This document shows, in pieces, positions 38,456 to 42,149 of a stretch of DNA of 42,149 bases. Position 1 is the stretch's first letter. Every line of letters starts with the position of its first letter. A program made the translations under genes and the position numbers. The stretch is from Priapulus caudatus. Taxonomy: Eukaryota. Under the pieces are notes generated by a model. That model made no database searches. It saw only the letters and a program-made list of their open reading frames with translations, and was not told the DNA's origin. The stretch lies in the NCBI RefSeq assembly GCF_000485595.1, contig NW_014577089.1, positions 89,222 to 131,370 of the forward strand, written 5' to 3'.

Positions 38456-40411
38456 GACAGGTTCGCTTTTACGTGACGCTTGCACGGCCAGGGTGGCACC
38501 ATGTGGTACGACCACTATCAGGCGGGCGTGCGCAATGGTTTTGTTAGAGTGCGGTAGAATATGTGTGAAGCATGGGCTGACAGACGCTAACTGCGCGTGA
38601 AATGTAGCGATCGCGAGCTGGCTTTCGCTCTGAAGTCCATATGAGCTCACGGGTGATCATGAATTCGGTTAACATTTTGTTGGCAACAGGTGTTCGCAAA
38701 GGCGGATGGATGCTTTTTATAATGAGGAAATGTTTTTACGCTTCTGATTAAATGCAATGTGCTTATTATATATTTAAAATATGGAAACGCATTGACTACG
38801 CTGGTTGACATAGAATATCCAAGAAGCTATTAAATGCAAATTCTTAAAGGCTTGATGTTGCATGCAAGTTTTTCGGATCTCTTTATTTTCCGCCACATGC
38901 AATTATAAACTGTTCGCTCTGAATCAGAGTTAGTAGCTGTTGCTCTCTTCTAATAACAGTGTTTGTGCGCCTCATTGCGGTTGTTTGCTGTTGCTTTTGG
39001 CTGTGGTTTGTACGACGGTTTTTTCATGAAATGGCGTTCTGGCGGCTCACTACTTCCCTGGCTGCGTTCGTAAGAGTTGTATGTAACTGACTAGTTCAAT
39101 CCCAGGTTGAATTTACGCAGTATCCAGCTACTTGGTGCTGCAACTACATAACACACGCGCTTATGGCGAGCACGTCGACCGATGCTGGGATGCTAGGCGA
39201 ATGTAAGATGCCTATTCTGCTGTCGTTGACCTATGCTGCTTCGACATTGGACTCACATTGGTGTGATCGTGCTGCCGCACGCGCCACTGCTCACTGAGAG
39301 CTTTCGCTGTGTTGCCAGACCAGTAGATGCGAATCATGCGCTAACAAATAACAGCTGTCGCTTTGCACTTAACTAAATAATTGGCGGCGTAATGACGGAC
39401 GAGCAGCTGGTCATAATCAGATTATCACTGGACGTATGTCAAAACATGCATTCGCCAAACAAACCCGCTGCCCCGCACGACGGCGCCGCCGCACTCATGG
39501 CTGACGCTGAGAACATTTGTCGGCCATTGTGTCCGGCTGGCTCTCGCAGCGCCGTCCGTTTAACGCTCGCCATTATTCGCGCGTCCGCTCCGTAATTTTG
39601 TGGCTTTATTGTTGCGTCGCTAGGCCCGAGAACTGAGCGGAAGCGGCGGGCCCGCCATCTCCGCGCGGCTGCGCCCTTGTTGACAGAGACACTCAGCCGC
39701 TGCGTATTAGTGCTAACCAAAAAAAAAAACAATAACGATGTTTACGCACCGTAGACCAACTTCAGGCATCGCCGCATTTGTGGAATACAGTGGGCCCGTT
39801 TGTCATATTTGTGTAATTACCTCGCTATCAAACACTGCTCGATGTAGAGTTTTGGCGTGCGGTGTAGTGCGCATGGCCGACATGCGTTCGACTCCATAGA
39901 CGGCAGCGTTGTTGTTCCGCTGTTCACCAACGTGGCAGTCATTTGCCGATGCTAAAATCGCCACTACTGCACTGTTGCTGCGCTGCTACTGCTGATACGC
40001 ACTGCTACTGTTGCTCTGCTACTGCTGCTACTGCTGCCATGCTAGCATAGATCCTTAATCTCTATTCCTTATGCAGGGCGTGCATGGGTTATTATGGGTA
40101 GATATCGGTCGTAGCTTGAGGACGTAGAACTGATGCAAGGTGTTGATCACATAAATTGTTGCCTACGTATACTCTACCTGCGGTTGTGCGTGTTCGATAA
40201 ATAGCCCAAGTAAATATGAAAATGGCTAATGCAAGATGGCAGAGAAGAGAGAGCGAGAGATGAGAAAGGGTGGAGAAGAAGCGGTGGAATAGGGGAGAGT
40301 TGTAGGGAGGTGTCTCGGGGGGTTGAGGTGGAAGGGAGTGAGAGACACAAGGAGACGAGAGAAGAGGAGAGAGCCGAGAGAGAGGAGATGAGAGAGAGAG
40401 AGAGAAGAGGA

Positions 40412-40451
<40 letters not shown>

Positions 40452-40520
40452 GAGAGAGAGAGAGAGAGAGAGCGGAGAGAGAGAGAGAGAGGAGAGAGGA
40501 GAGAGAGCAGAGTGAGGAGA

Positions 40521-40555
<35 letters not shown>

Positions 40556-40599
40556 AAGAGCAGAAGGAGAGAGAGGACACAAGAGGCAAGAAGAGGAAG

Positions 40600-40649
<50 letters not shown>

Positions 40650-40654
40650 GGATG

Positions 40655-40687
<33 letters not shown>

Positions 40688-40694
<7 letters not shown>

Positions 40695-41368
40695 AAGAGA
40701 GAGAGAGACAAAGAGAGAGAGAGAAAGAGAGACAGAGAGAGGGAGAACGCGCGCGCGCACACCGCCGGTAAACCCATCGCTGGTCAATTATGTTAACACT
40801 CTACCTGTGCATCGCCGCGTGATGCAGCCAACACCCGCAAATGACAGGTGCGCAAACCATGTCCGCGTCATCGAGACTTTCACCGCGACCCATTATCGAC
40901 CATTCACTCGCGACTTCACCTGTTTACGCTCTGGCGAAAGTACCTGCGCATCGTGCAGTGAGATAAACTCTAGTGTCGTAAGTGACGGGGGAAGACCTGA
41001 GTTCGATGATACCCCCTTACCAATGATTTAAAAGCAGCATACGCACACAACGCTCCTGTTACCGAATTTTGACAAATCTGGTCTTCTCTGCAGCGTACGC
41101 GCCGCCACCGCGCCGTGTCCACAAGTATATACACGATAGATTCGCATTAAAATGCATTCGATCGACGCTTTCATCGAGCTAGCGCGTGTAAACGATGCGT
41201 CGTTTCAATTCCGAGCATCCTGAGGCTGAGTGCGACAAGAGCTGTGCCTTAGTGATGGAAATAGAGACGCGTTGCTTCATGTAAATCCGGCGTACGCTAC
41301 ACCGATAACGCGCTGTTCATAACATAGGCAGAGGTCCGGCGACAATGCATCCGGGATGTTCTCGTCAC

Positions 41369-41400
<32 letters not shown>

Positions 41401-42149
41401 TACGACTACGCGAGGGTGCGGAACCGTAATTTGTTTAGTCGCGGGTTCTCAGCTGCAAATCCGGGACCGGATTTCAGAGCGATTCATCGTCACTCAAAGC
41501 CGAGTGTGTCGAGTCGATCAAGAACGAGTTGTCACCCGCACGGCGGGCGTGCGGCGGGCGACTTCAAACGCTTTTCATCGAGTTTGTAGGCTTATAGGGC
41601 CGCATAATTTGCGCGCAAGTGAAACCAAATTCACGACGCATAAATGCAACGCATTCGTGTGTGACGATATCAAGGATTAGGATGACGTACCGAGTAATAT
41701 AATTCGATTAAAAAAACACGAAATTCGACAGTTGCTTGCCTACGTTTACATATGATTTATCGCTGTAACGAAATTAAATTGACTTCGATATTTGCGCTGC
41801 ACATGCGGCTTCCCCGGTGGCATTAACACGGCTTTACACATTTTGTTACGGGGACATGTGTAGCTCTTTCTATTTATATATTATTTCGCCTCTGCTATAC
41901 TCCAGTCCTATACGTCCGTGATAAAATGCAGGGAATCCACGAAACGTCACAGAGCTAGCATGCGCAACGCAAATATTGAAGGAAATTTGATTGAGTTAAC
42001 TAACGTCCCTGATGACTCACGTCAACCAATACGTCAGGCGGCTGCACGCTGAACTGCGCGAGTGCACACGAACGCACGCTCTCATCTGCGCGCCACGTAA
42101 CACTGCACGCAGACACACACGCACGCACGCACGCACGCACGCACGCACG
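40688..42149 (+). repeat. Duplicated segment copy B (homologous to 32161-33690), preceded by a GA tract from about 40240
   Basis: Colinear with copy A. Runs into (CACG)n at the window end. Confidence 0.92.

Overview
Repeat-rich, mostly non-coding segment of a draft eukaryotic scaffold. Four N-gaps, dense (GA)n/(CA)n/(CACG)n microsatellites, many minisatellites and frequent CpG suggest an invertebrate animal genome, probably intronic or intergenic (inference). I recognise no protein domain, RNA gene or CRISPR array; the long ORFs in the track run through microsatellites or N-gaps. The best-supported discovery is a family of 267-294 bp foldback MITEs in three copies (10533-10799, 19864-20157, 33957-34249). 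They have about 100-bp TIRs built from nested CTATGACA palindromes, CA...TG ends and, in two copies, exact 7-bp target-site duplications, the signature of P-superfamily (Galileo/1360-like) transposons. Other structure: a perfect 54-bp inverted repeat at the window start, a head-to-head 18-bp satellite, a 30-bp minisatellite that grades between two related unit types, several other minisatellites, and an about 1.5-kb duplication differing mainly by 1-bp indels (probably a noisy long-read artefact). A few phase-compatible minus-strand candidate exons exist but are low confidence.
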